Shown: positions 1-9,637, counted from the first letter of the stretch. The stretch: 49,109 nt of DNA from Planctomycetaceae bacterium (GCA_031274255.1 JAISQK010000268.1:1-49109), one strand, 5' to 3'. Notes: generated from the sequence alone by a model not told the origin. Made by a program: numbers and translations.

Positions 1-437
1 GAGAGTGTTTACCTAAATAGAGATAGAATCTTTTCCTGAAGCAGCGAGAAGCGGTTGGTGGTTGTGACAGTATGCCAAATACGCAGAGACAGATCAACCA
101 TGAACTCTTTTTTCGAAACAACTTTGGTACGTCTGGTCAATCTCCCCAAATGATGGCGGGTGTTGCTGTTGTCGTGTTCAATAGTAATGGTGTGCGCTTT
201 GCCACCCGGACAGAGGAAAAAGACACGAGGCAAAAGGAAATTGGAGGGCAACAATCCCTATCGGATGAATAATATTTGCCTCCGGGATGCAGCGTCCTTA
301 CACTACACCCCGGTATGCTCCCAGCCTCTTTGAGGCGGTCGCTTTCAGTTAGAAAATCTCTTCAACAAGAAGCCGAAAGCCATCAGCCCGCCGGGGCTTT
401 TCGGCATCGAAGGGGGCGGGGGGTTAGCTCAAATTTC

Positions 438-1403
438 TTAGAATATGTCTTCAAAAGTTATTTGAATGAGTGCATTATGTTTCCGATTGGTATTGCATTG
501 ACCGAAAAAAGCATGTTATACTTCCGTTTTTGAGGAACAATAACCTTATTCACGGAGAGGACATAACATGCAAGTGAGAAGGAATTATAGTACAGACCTG
601 ACGGAAAAACAATGGCGAATCCTCGAAGAATTGTTGCCGAAACACCAAAAAGGCCGCAAGCCGATTGATCACCGCCAAGTGATCAATGCGTTGTTTTATT
701 TGGTTCGTACCGGATGTCCGTGGCGTCATTTGCCGCGAAGTTTTCCCAAATGGAAAACCGTTGACACCGTGTTTTGGCGAGGACGAAATGCAGGAATTTG
801 GGAAAAGATTTACGATGCGTTGTGTCGTTTTGTGCGTAAAACCCAAGGAAAAAAGCCGACTCCTTCGGTCGGAATCCTCGATAGTCAATCGGAAGAAACC
901 ACGGAGGTCGGCGGAGAGGAACGCGGTTACGATGCCGGTAAAAAAGTGAAGGGTCGCAAACGCCGCATCATGGCCGATACGTTGGGTTATTTGGTACTCC
1001 AAACAAAAAACTCTGATGGTGGTCGTTGTTCCTGCGGCAAACATCCGGGATTATGACGGTGCCAAACTTGTTTTGAACGCCATCGGAGACCGGTTCAAGC
1101 GATTGAAAGTGATTTTCGCGGACAGTGCCTGCGGAAAAATGGGCTTGCCCGATGGGGTGAAGCAATGTTTCGGCTGGATTTTACAAACGGTGCTCAGACC
1201 GGTTGGCGTGAAAGGTTTTGCGGTCTTGCCGAAACGTTGGATTGTCGAACGGACATTCGCGTGGATTTCAAAATATCGACGCCACTCGAAAGATGACTAA
1301 CGAAATCCCCAGTCCGGCAAAGCCATGATTCCCATCGCCATGACCGCAAGAATGCTCAAATACCTGCAACATCGAAAAGGATACTTTTGAAGACTTATTC
1401 TCA
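438..1403 (+). mobile_element. IS5-family insertion sequence (~965 bp)
   Basis: The transposase ORFs lie at 568-1300. Imperfect terminal inverted repeats are gaatatgtcttcaaaagttat (441-461) and the reverse complement of atacttttgaagacttattc (1381-1400), matching at 18 of 20 positions. The element sits in a region that otherwise lacks a convincing gene, which fits an insertion. Confidence 0.7.
568..1300 (+). CDS. IS5-family DDE transposase, split into two overlapping frames (orfA 568-1056 in frame 1; orfB 1016-1300 in frame 2)
   Basis: The N-terminal part carries IS5 DUF4096-like motifs (LTEKQWRILEELLP; YLVRTGCPWRHLP). The C-terminal part carries the DDE_Tnp_1 motifs (ADSACG; IVERTFAWISKYRR). 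The two frames meet at the run caaacaaaaaac (1004-1015); deleting one A gives a continuous ORF reading ...DTLGYLVLQTKTLMVVVVPAAN.... This is therefore a +1 frameshift in an A6 homopolymer, which could be programmed, a mutation, or a sequencing error. Confidence 0.8.
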
Positions 1404-1452
1404 GTGTAAGGCTCCTGACCGGATCATCACGACGCGAAAGTCCTCCGTCCTG
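1404..1452. repeat. ~41-49 bp repeat, copy 1 (core ctcctgaccggatcatcacgacgcgaaagtcctccgtcctg)
   Basis: The core matches 23947-23987 at 39 of 41 positions. The flanking gtgtaa is also shared. The copy sits just outside the IS right end and ~130 bp 3' of the minus-strand FGE-like gene. Confidence 0.6.
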
Positions 1453-1579
1453 TTGGAGAAATCTTTCCAAATGATGCCGACCGCACGAAAGTACCGGAAG
1501 GCATACTGCCCGCCGCCAACATTGTCACGTTGGCCGCCGGGCAACGGCTCAAGCAGAGAGCAGAGGACAGATCAGAGAG

Positions 1580-2719
1580 TCAATCCCGCTGATTGACTCT
1601 CTTGTAATCGTCCGCAACTTCAGGAACCGGCTCATAGAGTTTGCATTCCTCGGCGGTTTTCGGAGGATTGAGCGGTCGGAGGACACGAAAACCGACATAC
1701 GGGGCTTCCGTCACCCACCAGATGCTCTTCGGGAATTGCGGGTCTTGAAGTTTCCAGTCCTCGGTCGTAATGTTCCGCGAGGCACTGCGGCACTCATCAG
1801 GAAATTGATCACAGGAACCGCCGCGGGCGATTTCGTCGCGTCCTTTGGAAACCGTCATCATTTTGATCGTTTCCGGCATGTAAAACGGTGTCTTGATTTT
1901 GCCGTCCTTATACTGCTGGTACAAATTCTCTGTGTTGCGGCCGAGCACCCATTCGGAAACATTGCCGTGCATGTCGTAAAGTCCCCAGGGATTCGGCTTT
2001 TTCGTCATCACCTGATGGTAGCTTCCGTCCGCATTGTCCAGATGCCAGGCGTAATCGTCCACTTGGGAAACGTCATCCCCGCTGGAAAATGCGGTTTTCG
2101 TTCCCGCGCGGCACGCATATTCCCATTCCGCCTCGGTCGGAAGCCGGTAGTAGCGTCCTGTGACCGCCGTGAGCCACTTGCAGTAGGACTGGGCACTGTA
2201 ATTGGTCATTCCGCTGGCCGGAAAATTCGGCTTGCTGGAATTTCCGTAACTCAGCGATGTGATGTCATAAGCCGGCGTCGGTGCCGCAAGAGCGTCCGCG
2301 GTGCGTTCGTTGACATTTTTCTCGCCGTCCGCCTTGCTTTTCCGGCTTTCACGGAGAATTTTGTATGCGAACTGCATGAACTCCCCCCATGTCACTTCAT
2401 GTTCTTCGATCCAGAACGGCTCGACTTCCACTTCGATTTGCGGTCCTTCCTCATCGGCGCGACCCTCTTCCGATTCGGGACTTCCCATCAGAAACTTGCC
2501 TCCTTTGATCGGAATCATTTTGAACTTCAATTCCGTACCGAAAATCTGCTCTTCGTACGGTTTCATTTCACTTTCGGACGCTGCCTGAGAATCCTCCACC
2601 GGAATCGGGTTTTTGAGGAATTCAATTCCCGGAGCGTGAGTCAAATCGGCAGTTTGGGCAAACGCTGCGGCACCGAGAACGGTCACACCACACGCAACAC
2701 GGACAAAAAAACGCTTCAT
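1580..2719 (-). CDS. formylglycine-generating enzyme (FGE/SUMF1) family protein, secreted
   Basis: An N-terminal signal peptide is present (MKRFFVRVACGVTVLGAAAFA). FGE-domain motifs present are TEAEWEYACRAG, MHGNVSEWV and RGGSC. The 389-aa antisense ORF at 1736-2905 is an R/F-rich shadow ORF. Confidence 0.85.
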   Translation of the reverse strand: MKRFFVRVACGVTVLGAAAFAQTADLTHAPGIEFLKNPIPVEDSQAASESEMKPYEEQIFGTELKFKMIPIKGGKFLMGSPESEEGRADEEGPQIEVEVEPFWIEEHEVTWGEFMQFAYKILRESRKSKADGEKNVNERTADALAAPTPAYDITSLSYGNSSKPNFPASGMTNYSAQSYCKWLTAVTGRYYRLPTEAEWEYACRAGTKTAFSSGDDVSQVDDYAWHLDNADGSYHQVMTKKPNPWGLYDMHGNVSEWVLGRNTENLYQQYKDGKIKTPFYMPETIKMMTVSKGRDEIARGGSCDQFPDECRSASRNITTEDWKLQDPQFPKSIWWVTEAPYVGFRVLRPLNPPKTAEECKLYEPVPEVADDYKRVNQRD

Positions 2720-3014
2720 AAAAATCTCCTTTGTTATTTCAGTGCAAAATCAAAGATCGAATTTGATTGTTCCACTGAGCAGGTATCAAATGTTTTTGTG
2801 ACAATTTTCACGACTCAAATTTTTATTTTACCAAAAATTGCTATTTTCGCAAACCGCGTCGCGGTGGTTTTTCAAAAAACCCAGGGAAAACAATGTTTTT
2901 CGTGACAAAATAAAAAATCCGGGGCAATCCCGATTGAGTTTCATGCAAAGATAAAGTAAAATTGTCATAATGACAAGTCGCTTTACTGCCTCCAACCCTT
3001 GAAATGGATTTTGC

Positions 3015-3836
3015 ATGAGACCGAATAAGACGCTTTGGTTTTTTATCCTGTTTTTCCTCAGCCTTTGTTTCCTGATCCTGTATTCCCCTGTCGGCTTTTC
3101 ACAAGACAACGATATTATGAACGAAATCAACGCGGAAGCCGCAAAAGCGGAAGCCTCTGCCGAGACGATGCCCGCGTCGGAAAACAGTGAGACCGCCGCA
3201 CCGGAAAAGAAAGTTTACCTCATCTGGATGGTGCAGTCGCTCGGATGGTTTTTTACGCCGGTTTTTATGATAATCTCCATGAGCATGGTTACGCTGGTTG
3301 TAATGAATTTCCTTGCCGTCCGGCAGCAGAATTTCGCTCCGAAAAGTTTTGTCGGTCAGTTTGGGGAATACCTTGACGCAAAACAGTTTCAGGACGCCTA
3401 CGAGTACGCCCGATCGGGGGACTGTATGATTGCCAAAGTCCTCACGGTCGGACTTGCCAAACTTTCCAGCGGTTACAAGGAAGCGGAAAACGCCATGCAG
3501 GCGATCGGTGAGGAGGAAACCTTAAAGCATGAACAGCGGCTGAGTTATATCGCCCTGATCGGCAAGATTTCTCCGATGATCGGACTTTTCGGCACGGTCG
3601 TAGGAATGATCGCCTCGTTCAACACGCTTGCGTCAAGTGCGGGGCAGCCTCCGGTCAACAAATTGGCGGAAGGGATTGCCACTGCACTGTTTACAACGGA
3701 AATCGGTCTGGCGATTGCGATTCCGGCATTGGTTGTTTACGAGATTTTGCGGAACCGGCTGACAAAAAACCTTTTGGATGTGAGTCTCATTACAGAAAGT
3801 CTGATGAGCCGTTTTTCCGGTGTGTCGGCAAAGTAG
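3015..3836 (+). CDS. exbB: MotA/TolQ/ExbB proton-channel family protein
   Basis: The C-terminal region carries the family motif ISPMIGLFGTVVGMIASFNTL...TALFTTEIGLAIAIPALVVYEIL. There are three predicted TM segments. ExbD genes follow immediately. Confidence 0.85.
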   Translation: MRPNKTLWFFILFFLSLCFLILYSPVGFSQDNDIMNEINAEAAKAEASAETMPASENSETAAPEKKVYLIWMVQSLGWFFTPVFMIISMSMVTLVVMNFLAVRQQNFAPKSFVGQFGEYLDAKQFQDAYEYARSGDCMIAKVLTVGLAKLSSGYKEAENAMQAIGEEETLKHEQRLSYIALIGKISPMIGLFGTVVGMIASFNTLASSAGQPPVNKLAEGIATALFTTEIGLAIAIPALVVYEILRNRLTKNLLDVSLITESLMSRFSGVSAK

Positions 3837-3846
3837 GAACAGTAAA

Positions 3847-4293
3847 ATGCGATTCAACCGAACAACCGTTTCCAACATGGAACTCGACATGACACCGATG
3901 ATTGACATCGTGTTTTTGCTCATCACGTTTTTCATGTTTGTGTTCAATTTCAGTCAGGCCGACCAGAATGAGCGGATCAAACTCCCGTCAAGTGAATTGG
4001 CGAAAATTTCAGAGGTGAGCGACACGGAATTTTTGACGCTTCAACTGACGGCGGAAGAGACCATTCTTTTCGGCCGGGAGGAGTTTGCGTTTGACGAACT
4101 CAAGCGTCTGTTGTCCAGGGAATTGAAACTGTTCGAGGCACTCGGCACCGACAAATCGAAAGTCCGCGTCCTCATTCGGGCCGACGCGAGGTCGCAAACC
4201 GGCAAACTTCAGGACATCATGGCGGAATGCCGCCGTTGCGGTCTGGAGAATTTCGGCCTTCCTGTCATAATTGATACGCCGGGGGCCATATAA
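3847..4293 (+). CDS. exbD: ExbD/TolR biopolymer transport protein
   Basis: The ExbD signature (E)LDMTPMIDIVFLLITFFM is present. An RBS aggaa lies upstream of the ATG at 3847. The gene is co-directional with exbB. Confidence 0.8.
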   Translation: MRFNRTTVSNMELDMTPMIDIVFLLITFFMFVFNFSQADQNERIKLPSSELAKISEVSDTEFLTLQLTAEETILFGREEFAFDELKRLLSRELKLFEALGTDKSKVRVLIRADARSQTGKLQDIMAECRRCGLENFGLPVIIDTPGAI

Positions 4294-4306
4294 CGATGAG
4301 GAAAAA

Positions 4307-4816
4307 ATGATGAAAAGACCTCATGCCGCCGTTTCGCTGGATTGGGACATGACACCGATGATTGATGTCGTCTTTCTGTTGATGATTTTTTTCGTGTTCA
4401 CGTTTAAAATCGTCAAGCAGGAGGGGGATTTTTCGATAAAAATGCCGCTTTCCGGCGGAAACAGTTCCTCGTTGAGTCTCGACACTTCCGAACCGGTCCG
4501 CATCCGGCTTTTGGCCGACAGCAACGGGGAACTCGCGTCAATCATGATGGGAGACCGGTCGCTCGGCACGAGTTTTACAATACTCCGGCAACAAGTGATG
4601 GCGTATGTCGGATCGCTTTCACCGCAGGCACGCGGCGAGGCCGAGGCGGAACTCCGTTGCGATTATGAGTTGAAATACAAGTACACGGTGGACGCGATGA
4701 CCGCGATTTCCGGATACTATGAAAACGGTCAGATTGTGCCGCTGATTGAAAAGGTCAAGTTTGCCCAAAAACAGGGACAATCAGATTTAACAGAATCATC
4801 AAATGAAGAAAAATAA
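4307..4816 (+). CDS. exbD: ExbD/TolR biopolymer transport protein, second paralog
   Basis: The motif LDWDMTPMIDVVFLLMIFFVF is present. An RBS gagga lies 5 nt before the ATG at 4307. Confidence 0.8.
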   Translation: MMKRPHAAVSLDWDMTPMIDVVFLLMIFFVFTFKIVKQEGDFSIKMPLSGGNSSSLSLDTSEPVRIRLLADSNGELASIMMGDRSLGTSFTILRQQVMAYVGSLSPQARGEAEAELRCDYELKYKYTVDAMTAISGYYENGQIVPLIEKVKFAQKQGQSDLTESSNEEK

Positions 4817-5693
4817 TGACGGCATCCAACATCCATTGGCGGAAGTTTTCGGCTTTCCCGCAGAGGATATGTCGGATTGTGCCCATAGACATCGTAAGAA
4901 CCGGTTGTGTCCGTTTAACAACAAGATACCGAATTGCACGAAAGATAAAGCCCAGTCTCCGTTGGGAGTGTGCAGTATTTTTCACAGAAAGGAAGTTGTT
5001 ATCACCTGTCCGATTCGATTTCGTCAAGGTTGGAATATTGCCGATGATGCGGCAGGATTCTTTTTTGATGAGTCTTCGAAATGGACGACATTGACTGAAG
5101 TTCGGCTCAAAGATGCTGAAGATGGTTCGGCAGGAAATATTGATCTTGTCTTGTGTGCGTATGATGAGCACGGACAAATTACCGATTTCGGTGCATTGGA
5201 AATTCAGGCCGTTTATATTTCCGGCAACGTGAGAACTCCTTTTGATACATATATGGCGAATCCCCGGACCCAATACAACATGGATTGGACGGAAGAGCAG
5301 CATTATCCGAGACCTGATTACCTTTCCTCTTCGAGAAAACGGCTTGCTCCGCAACTGATTTTTAAGGGAGGGATACTCAATTTGTGGAAAAAGAAAACGG
5401 CGGTTGCACTCAATTCCGGTTTTTTCAGTACACTTCCTCCGTTGCCGGAAGTGCCGAAAGAAAATGCGGATATTGCATGGCTGATTTATGACATTTACCA
5501 ACATAAAAATGAAGGAATTCCTTATGAATTACGTCTTGAACGAACTGTTTACACACAATTTGATACAGCCTTGATGCAGATTACCAAGCCCCATGCGGGG
5601 AATGTTGCTGTTTTTCTGGAAACGCTCCAGAAAAAACTGGATAAAAAACTATCCGTCCCTCCTGTCAACAAAACAATCAAAAAAACTTTTTGA
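4803..5693 (+). CDS. type II restriction endonuclease, NotI-like family (putative)
   Basis: The N-terminus has a Cys cluster (C-x9-C-x7-C ... GVCS). The motifs AEVFGF, CPF, GVCSI, TCPIR and GALEIQ resemble the NotI N-terminal metal-binding region as I recall it, and this recollection is not verified. The ORF overlaps the exbD2 stop by 14 nt. It is followed 7 nt later by a DNA methyltransferase gene. Confidence 0.6.
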   Translation: MKKNNDGIQHPLAEVFGFPAEDMSDCAHRHRKNRLCPFNNKIPNCTKDKAQSPLGVCSIFHRKEVVITCPIRFRQGWNIADDAAGFFFDESSKWTTLTEVRLKDAEDGSAGNIDLVLCAYDEHGQITDFGALEIQAVYISGNVRTPFDTYMANPRTQYNMDWTEEQHYPRPDYLSSSRKRLAPQLIFKGGILNLWKKKTAVALNSGFFSTLPPLPEVPKENADIAWLIYDIYQHKNEGIPYELRLERTVYTQFDTALMQITKPHAGNVAVFLETLQKKLDKKLSVPPVNKTIKKTF

Positions 5694-5700
5694 AAATCAA

Positions 5701-6588
5701 ATGAACCAACGTTTTTTATTTCCTGATTTGGAAAAGGGTACTAAGGAGAAACCGGTCAATGTTGCATCGGTTCCTCAGCGAAGTCCGTTTCGTTATCCCG
5801 GTGGAAAGACATGGCTTGTACCACGGTTTCGGCAGTGGATGAAAAGTTTTCAAAGTGTTCCGCAATTAATGATTGAACCATTTGCCGGCGGCGGAATTTT
5901 GAGTTTGACGGCGGCATTTGAAAATCTGGCTGAAAAAATTTTGATGGTGGAACTGGATGAACAGGTTGCGGCGGTTTGGAAAACAATTTTATCAAAAGAT
6001 ATCAGGTGGCTGATACAGCGGATTCTTTCATTTGAATTAAATGTTGATTCCGTGAGAGAAATCCTTTCGCAAAAACCGATGACAACCCGTGAAACGGCAT
6101 TCCGAACACTGCTGAAAAACCGAACCGCTCATGGCGGAATACTTGCGGAAGGAGCGGGAATCATCAAACATGGGGAAAACGGAAAGGGACTTCATTCCCG
6201 ATGGTATCCTGAAACCATAGCCCGAAGGATTGCGGCGATAGAAACTGTGTCGGAAAAAATTGAGTTTGTCCAAACTGATGCCATTGAAGTATTGGAAGAA
6301 TATCAATTGACCGAAGATGTTGTATTTTTTATTGATCCGCCCTATACTGCCGGAGGGAAACATGCCGGAAGCCGCCTTTACAACCATTGTCGCATTGACC
6401 ATGCAGGATTATACTCGTTATGTGCAAAACTCAATGGAGATTTCCTGATGACGTACGACAATGCGGAAGAAGTCCGGACGCTGGCTGAACAACATGGATT
6501 TAAAACAAAAGCCATCCCAATGAAAAATACGCATCATACTAAATTGAATGAACTGCTTGTCGGAAAAAAACTGGACTGGGCGGAGTAA
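5701..6588 (+). CDS. DNA N6-adenine methyltransferase, D12 class (Dam-like)
   Basis: Motifs present are FRYPGGK, EPFAGGG (SAM binding) and FIDPPYT (catalytic DPPY). The gene lies immediately downstream of the putative restriction endonuclease, which suggests a restriction-modification pair. Confidence 0.85.
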   Translation: MNQRFLFPDLEKGTKEKPVNVASVPQRSPFRYPGGKTWLVPRFRQWMKSFQSVPQLMIEPFAGGGILSLTAAFENLAEKILMVELDEQVAAVWKTILSKDIRWLIQRILSFELNVDSVREILSQKPMTTRETAFRTLLKNRTAHGGILAEGAGIIKHGENGKGLHSRWYPETIARRIAAIETVSEKIEFVQTDAIEVLEEYQLTEDVVFFIDPPYTAGGKHAGSRLYNHCRIDHAGLYSLCAKLNGDFLMTYDNAEEVRTLAEQHGFKTKAIPMKNTHHTKLNELLVGKKLDWAE

Positions 6589-6682
6589 AATTTCCCCCTG
6601 ACAAATTCCTTGCTGTTAAAAAACTGTTGATCGTTTTTTTCGTTTCCAAAACCTTTTAGTATTTAGTAGAGGACCAACTCAA

Positions 6683-8329
6683 ATGAGTAACCTTATGTTT
6701 TTTGCCCTTGGACAAGGAAATTTCGGGTTGTTGATCGGGATAATAGGGATTTTTATCCTTCTCTTTTTGATCAGTCTCGCGGTACTGTTCGTGAAGTGTT
6801 ACCGCCGGTGTCCGAGCAACCGGATTCTGGTCATTTTCGGGCAAACCTCGAAAGGAAGTCAGGGAAACGCACGGACAGCGGAGTGCATTCACGGCGGTGC
6901 ACGATTCATCAAGCCGTTTTTGCAGGACTACGCTTATCTGAGTCTGGAACCGATGCAGATAGAGATTCCGCTGCGCGGAGCGTTGTCGATGGAAAACATC
7001 CGCGTGAACGTGCCGAGTGTTTTTACGGTGGCCATCGGAACAACGCTGGAACTGATGCAGAACGCCGCAATCCGGTTATTGGGGCTTTCCAAAAAGGACA
7101 TCGCCAAACAGGCGGAAGACATTATTTTCGGACAGTTGCGTCAGGTGATTGCGTCCATGCAGATTGAGGAGATCAACCGGGACCGTGAAACATTCCTTTC
7201 CAACATTCAGACATCGCTTGATCCGGAACTGCGGAAAATCGGTCTGATTCTGATTAACGTCAATATCACCGACATCACGGACGAATCCGGCTACATTGAA
7301 GCGATCGGTCAGAAAGCGGCGTCGGAAGCCATTCAGAAAGCACGCGGTGATGTCGCGGACAATGAACGGATGGGCGAAATCCGTGTCGCGGAAGCGGAGC
7401 AGACCAAAGCGATTCAGGTCGCCAACGCCCAGAAAACTCAGATGATCGGAACACGTGAAGCGGAACGGGAACGCGCCGTCAGGGTTGCGGAACTCGACAA
7501 AGATCAGGAAGTGCGGCTTGCGGAACTGTCAAAAGAGAAGAATATCGGTCAGCAAACGGCGGAATTTGAGAAGGAGTCGCAGGTGCGCGAAGCGGAGCGG
7601 GAAATGAGAATCCGGCTTGCCAACGCCAACGCTTCCGCCGTCGATGGTGAAAACAAAGCTCAGGCTGCGATTGCCGCATCTCAGGCGGAACTCAAGTTCA
7701 AACAGGCCGAAGCGTATCAGATGGGGGAAACCAAAAAACGCGAAGCCGAGGCGATGGTTCTCGAAGCGGAACATCGTGCCAGAGCTGTCGCGGCACAGGC
7801 GGAAGCTCTGCGGATCGAGGCTCAGAAACGCGCGGAACTGGAAGCTCCCGCCAAAGCGGAAAAGGCACAGCGGATCGTTGAAGCCGAGGCCGAAGCGGAA
7901 AAGCGGCGTATCGAAGCAGAAGGGGACGCCAAAGCGATTTTTGTGAAACTCGAAGCGGAAGCCCGCGGTCAGTACGAAATTCTGGCGAAAAAGGGGGAAG
8001 GTCTCCGTGAAATCATCACCGCTTGCGGCGGTGCAAAAGAAGCGTTTCAAATGCTGCTTTTGGAACACTTTGACGATCTTGTCCAAGCGTCCGCCCAGGC
8101 GATTTCCAACATCAAATTCGATAAAGTCGTTGTTTGGGAAAACGGACAGAATGACGGCAAATCGGCGACGGCGAACTGGCTGCAAAACATGGCCAAGACG
8201 CTTCCTCCGATGATGCAGGTGATGAAGGATATCGGCGGCGTGGAATTTCCTGATGTTCTGGCGACCATTGCCGGAGAAAAAAAGACGGAGAAATCCGAGC
8301 CGGAGGAGAACAGCCGGAAGGAACCGTAA
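6683..8329 (+). CDS. flotillin / SPFH (band 7) domain protein
   Basis: An N-terminal TM segment is followed by an SPFH domain and a long Ala/Glu-rich coiled-coil (EAEAE repeats), typical of YqiK/flotillin. The minus-strand ORFs at 7529-8374 and 8047-8370 are shadow ORFs. Confidence 0.85.
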   Translation: MSNLMFFALGQGNFGLLIGIIGIFILLFLISLAVLFVKCYRRCPSNRILVIFGQTSKGSQGNARTAECIHGGARFIKPFLQDYAYLSLEPMQIEIPLRGALSMENIRVNVPSVFTVAIGTTLELMQNAAIRLLGLSKKDIAKQAEDIIFGQLRQVIASMQIEEINRDRETFLSNIQTSLDPELRKIGLILINVNITDITDESGYIEAIGQKAASEAIQKARGDVADNERMGEIRVAEAEQTKAIQVANAQKTQMIGTREAERERAVRVAELDKDQEVRLAELSKEKNIGQQTAEFEKESQVREAEREMRIRLANANASAVDGENKAQAAIAASQAELKFKQAEAYQMGETKKREAEAMVLEAEHRARAVAAQAEALRIEAQKRAELEAPAKAEKAQRIVEAEAEAEKRRIEAEGDAKAIFVKLEAEARGQYEILAKKGEGLREIITACGGAKEAFQMLLLEHFDDLVQASAQAISNIKFDKVVVWENGQNDGKSATANWLQNMAKTLPPMMQVMKDIGGVEFPDVLATIAGEKKTEKSEPEENSRKEP

Positions 8330-8426
8330 CCTGCCTGTAAGACAAAGAGAAACGGAGGGTTTTGAGGCAATCAAGGTGTCCGTTTCCGAAAAACCGACAG
8401 AAAGAAATGAAAGAGAGAAGGTGCTT

Positions 8427-9266
8427 ATGAAAATTTACTATAGAATGTTGTGGACTGTGATTGCATTGAGTTGTCCGGTAACGGGACTCTTTGCCGCGGA
8501 ACCGAATCAGGAAATCAAGCCCTATTCCGGCGGTTCGGAGAAGTACGTCAAACTCGTTTGGGCGGATGAATTCGACGGAAAAGGACTGCCCGATCCGGCG
8601 AAATGGAGTTATGAAAAAGGGTACGTCCGTAACAGGGAAATGCAGTATTACGCTGTGGAACGGCTTGAAAATACCGAAGTACGCGACGGAAATCTGGTCA
8701 TCACCGTGAGAAAGGACAACGCAGTGATTGACGGAAAAGAGCGGGAAGTCACTTCGGGAAGTATTGAGACGAAAAAAAAGGGGGATTGGCTCTACGGCCG
8801 TTTCGAGGCACGGATCAAGTTTCCGTCCTGTCTCGGCACGTGGCCGGCGTTCTGGATGATGCCGACAAATCCCAAATACGGCGGATGGCCGAACAGCGGC
8901 GAAATCGACATTCTGGAGCATGTCGGGTTTGAACCGGATAAGCTGCATTTCAATCTGCACACCGGAAAGTATAACCACATGAAGAAAACCGGCCGCGGTA
9001 CGTCAATCCATTATGAAAATCCGATGGCGGACTATCATATTTACGCGGTCGAATGGTTTCCGGACCGCATTGACTGGTTTTTCGACGATAAGAAGGTTCT
9101 CACCGTGAAAAACGACGGGTCGGGCACCGATGCCTGGCCGTTGGATCAGCCGTTTCACCTCAAACTGAATCTCGCGTTCGGCGGAAGTTGGGGAGCGGAA
9201 AAAGGGGTTGACCTCAAACCGCTGCCGATGGAGATGCAGGTCGATTACGTCCGGGTTTTCCAGTAA
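8427..9266 (+). CDS. glycoside hydrolase family 16 (laminarinase-like beta-glucanase), secreted
   Basis: A signal peptide MKIYYRMLWTVIALSCPVTGLFA is present. The GH16 catalytic motif GEIDILEH (E-x-D-x-x-E) is present. An RBS gagaaggtg lies before the ATG at 8427. Confidence 0.85.
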   Translation: MKIYYRMLWTVIALSCPVTGLFAAEPNQEIKPYSGGSEKYVKLVWADEFDGKGLPDPAKWSYEKGYVRNREMQYYAVERLENTEVRDGNLVITVRKDNAVIDGKEREVTSGSIETKKKGDWLYGRFEARIKFPSCLGTWPAFWMMPTNPKYGGWPNSGEIDILEHVGFEPDKLHFNLHTGKYNHMKKTGRGTSIHYENPMADYHIYAVEWFPDRIDWFFDDKKVLTVKNDGSGTDAWPLDQPFHLKLNLAFGGSWGAEKGVDLKPLPMEMQVDYVRVFQ

Positions 9267-9637
9267 GCCGGTGGACTAAGACGGATTAAAAGGCTGACAA
9301 CATGTACAAATGACCGTGTATTGTCATTTCTTCCGCTTTATGATATATTGAATGATGTTTTAAGAATATATTGCAGAAATGGAGAGATTTGCCTTTCCGC
9401 TTCGGAAAACTCAAGGAATCTGCGGACATCCCGCTCCATGCGTCTGGAGACATCAATAAGGCTGTGGAAAAGGTTCCTTCGGTTTTTTGCCGTGCGGTCG
9501 TTTTGTGCCGTCAAACGGGGAAATCCTTTTCATTTCTTCCGTGTTCAACTGTTGTTTTTGATGAAAAAATGCGGTATGATGCAAAAAATACCTTTTCCAG
9601 ACCGACGATGTGTTTTCTTTTCACAGGAGTTCCTTGA

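Noticed and set aside
9-533. Short ORFs at the window start (9-254 minus; 72-272 plus; 276-533 plus) and an imperfect hairpin gccgaaagcc...ggcttttcggc (~383-416).
   Set aside because: The window edge truncates the context, and the translations have no motifs. The region may be a gene fragment disrupted by the IS5 insertion, but this cannot be supported.
1387-1596. A 69-aa ORF spanning the 41-bp repeat and the FGE stop region.
   Set aside because: It has no RBS, covers repeat and hairpin sequence, and is composition-biased. It is likely non-coding.
1736-2905. The 389-aa plus-strand ORF antisense to the FGE-like gene, and similar long antisense ORFs elsewhere (7529-8374, 8112-8978, 17873-18952, 21417-22193, 24121-25080, 30719-32077, 35002-35928, 40571-42100, 42839-43786, 45651-46619).
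   Set aside because: Their translations are Arg/Phe/Ser-rich and low-complexity, with no motifs. Each lies exactly opposite a well-supported gene. They are shadow ORFs produced by GC3-biased codon usage.
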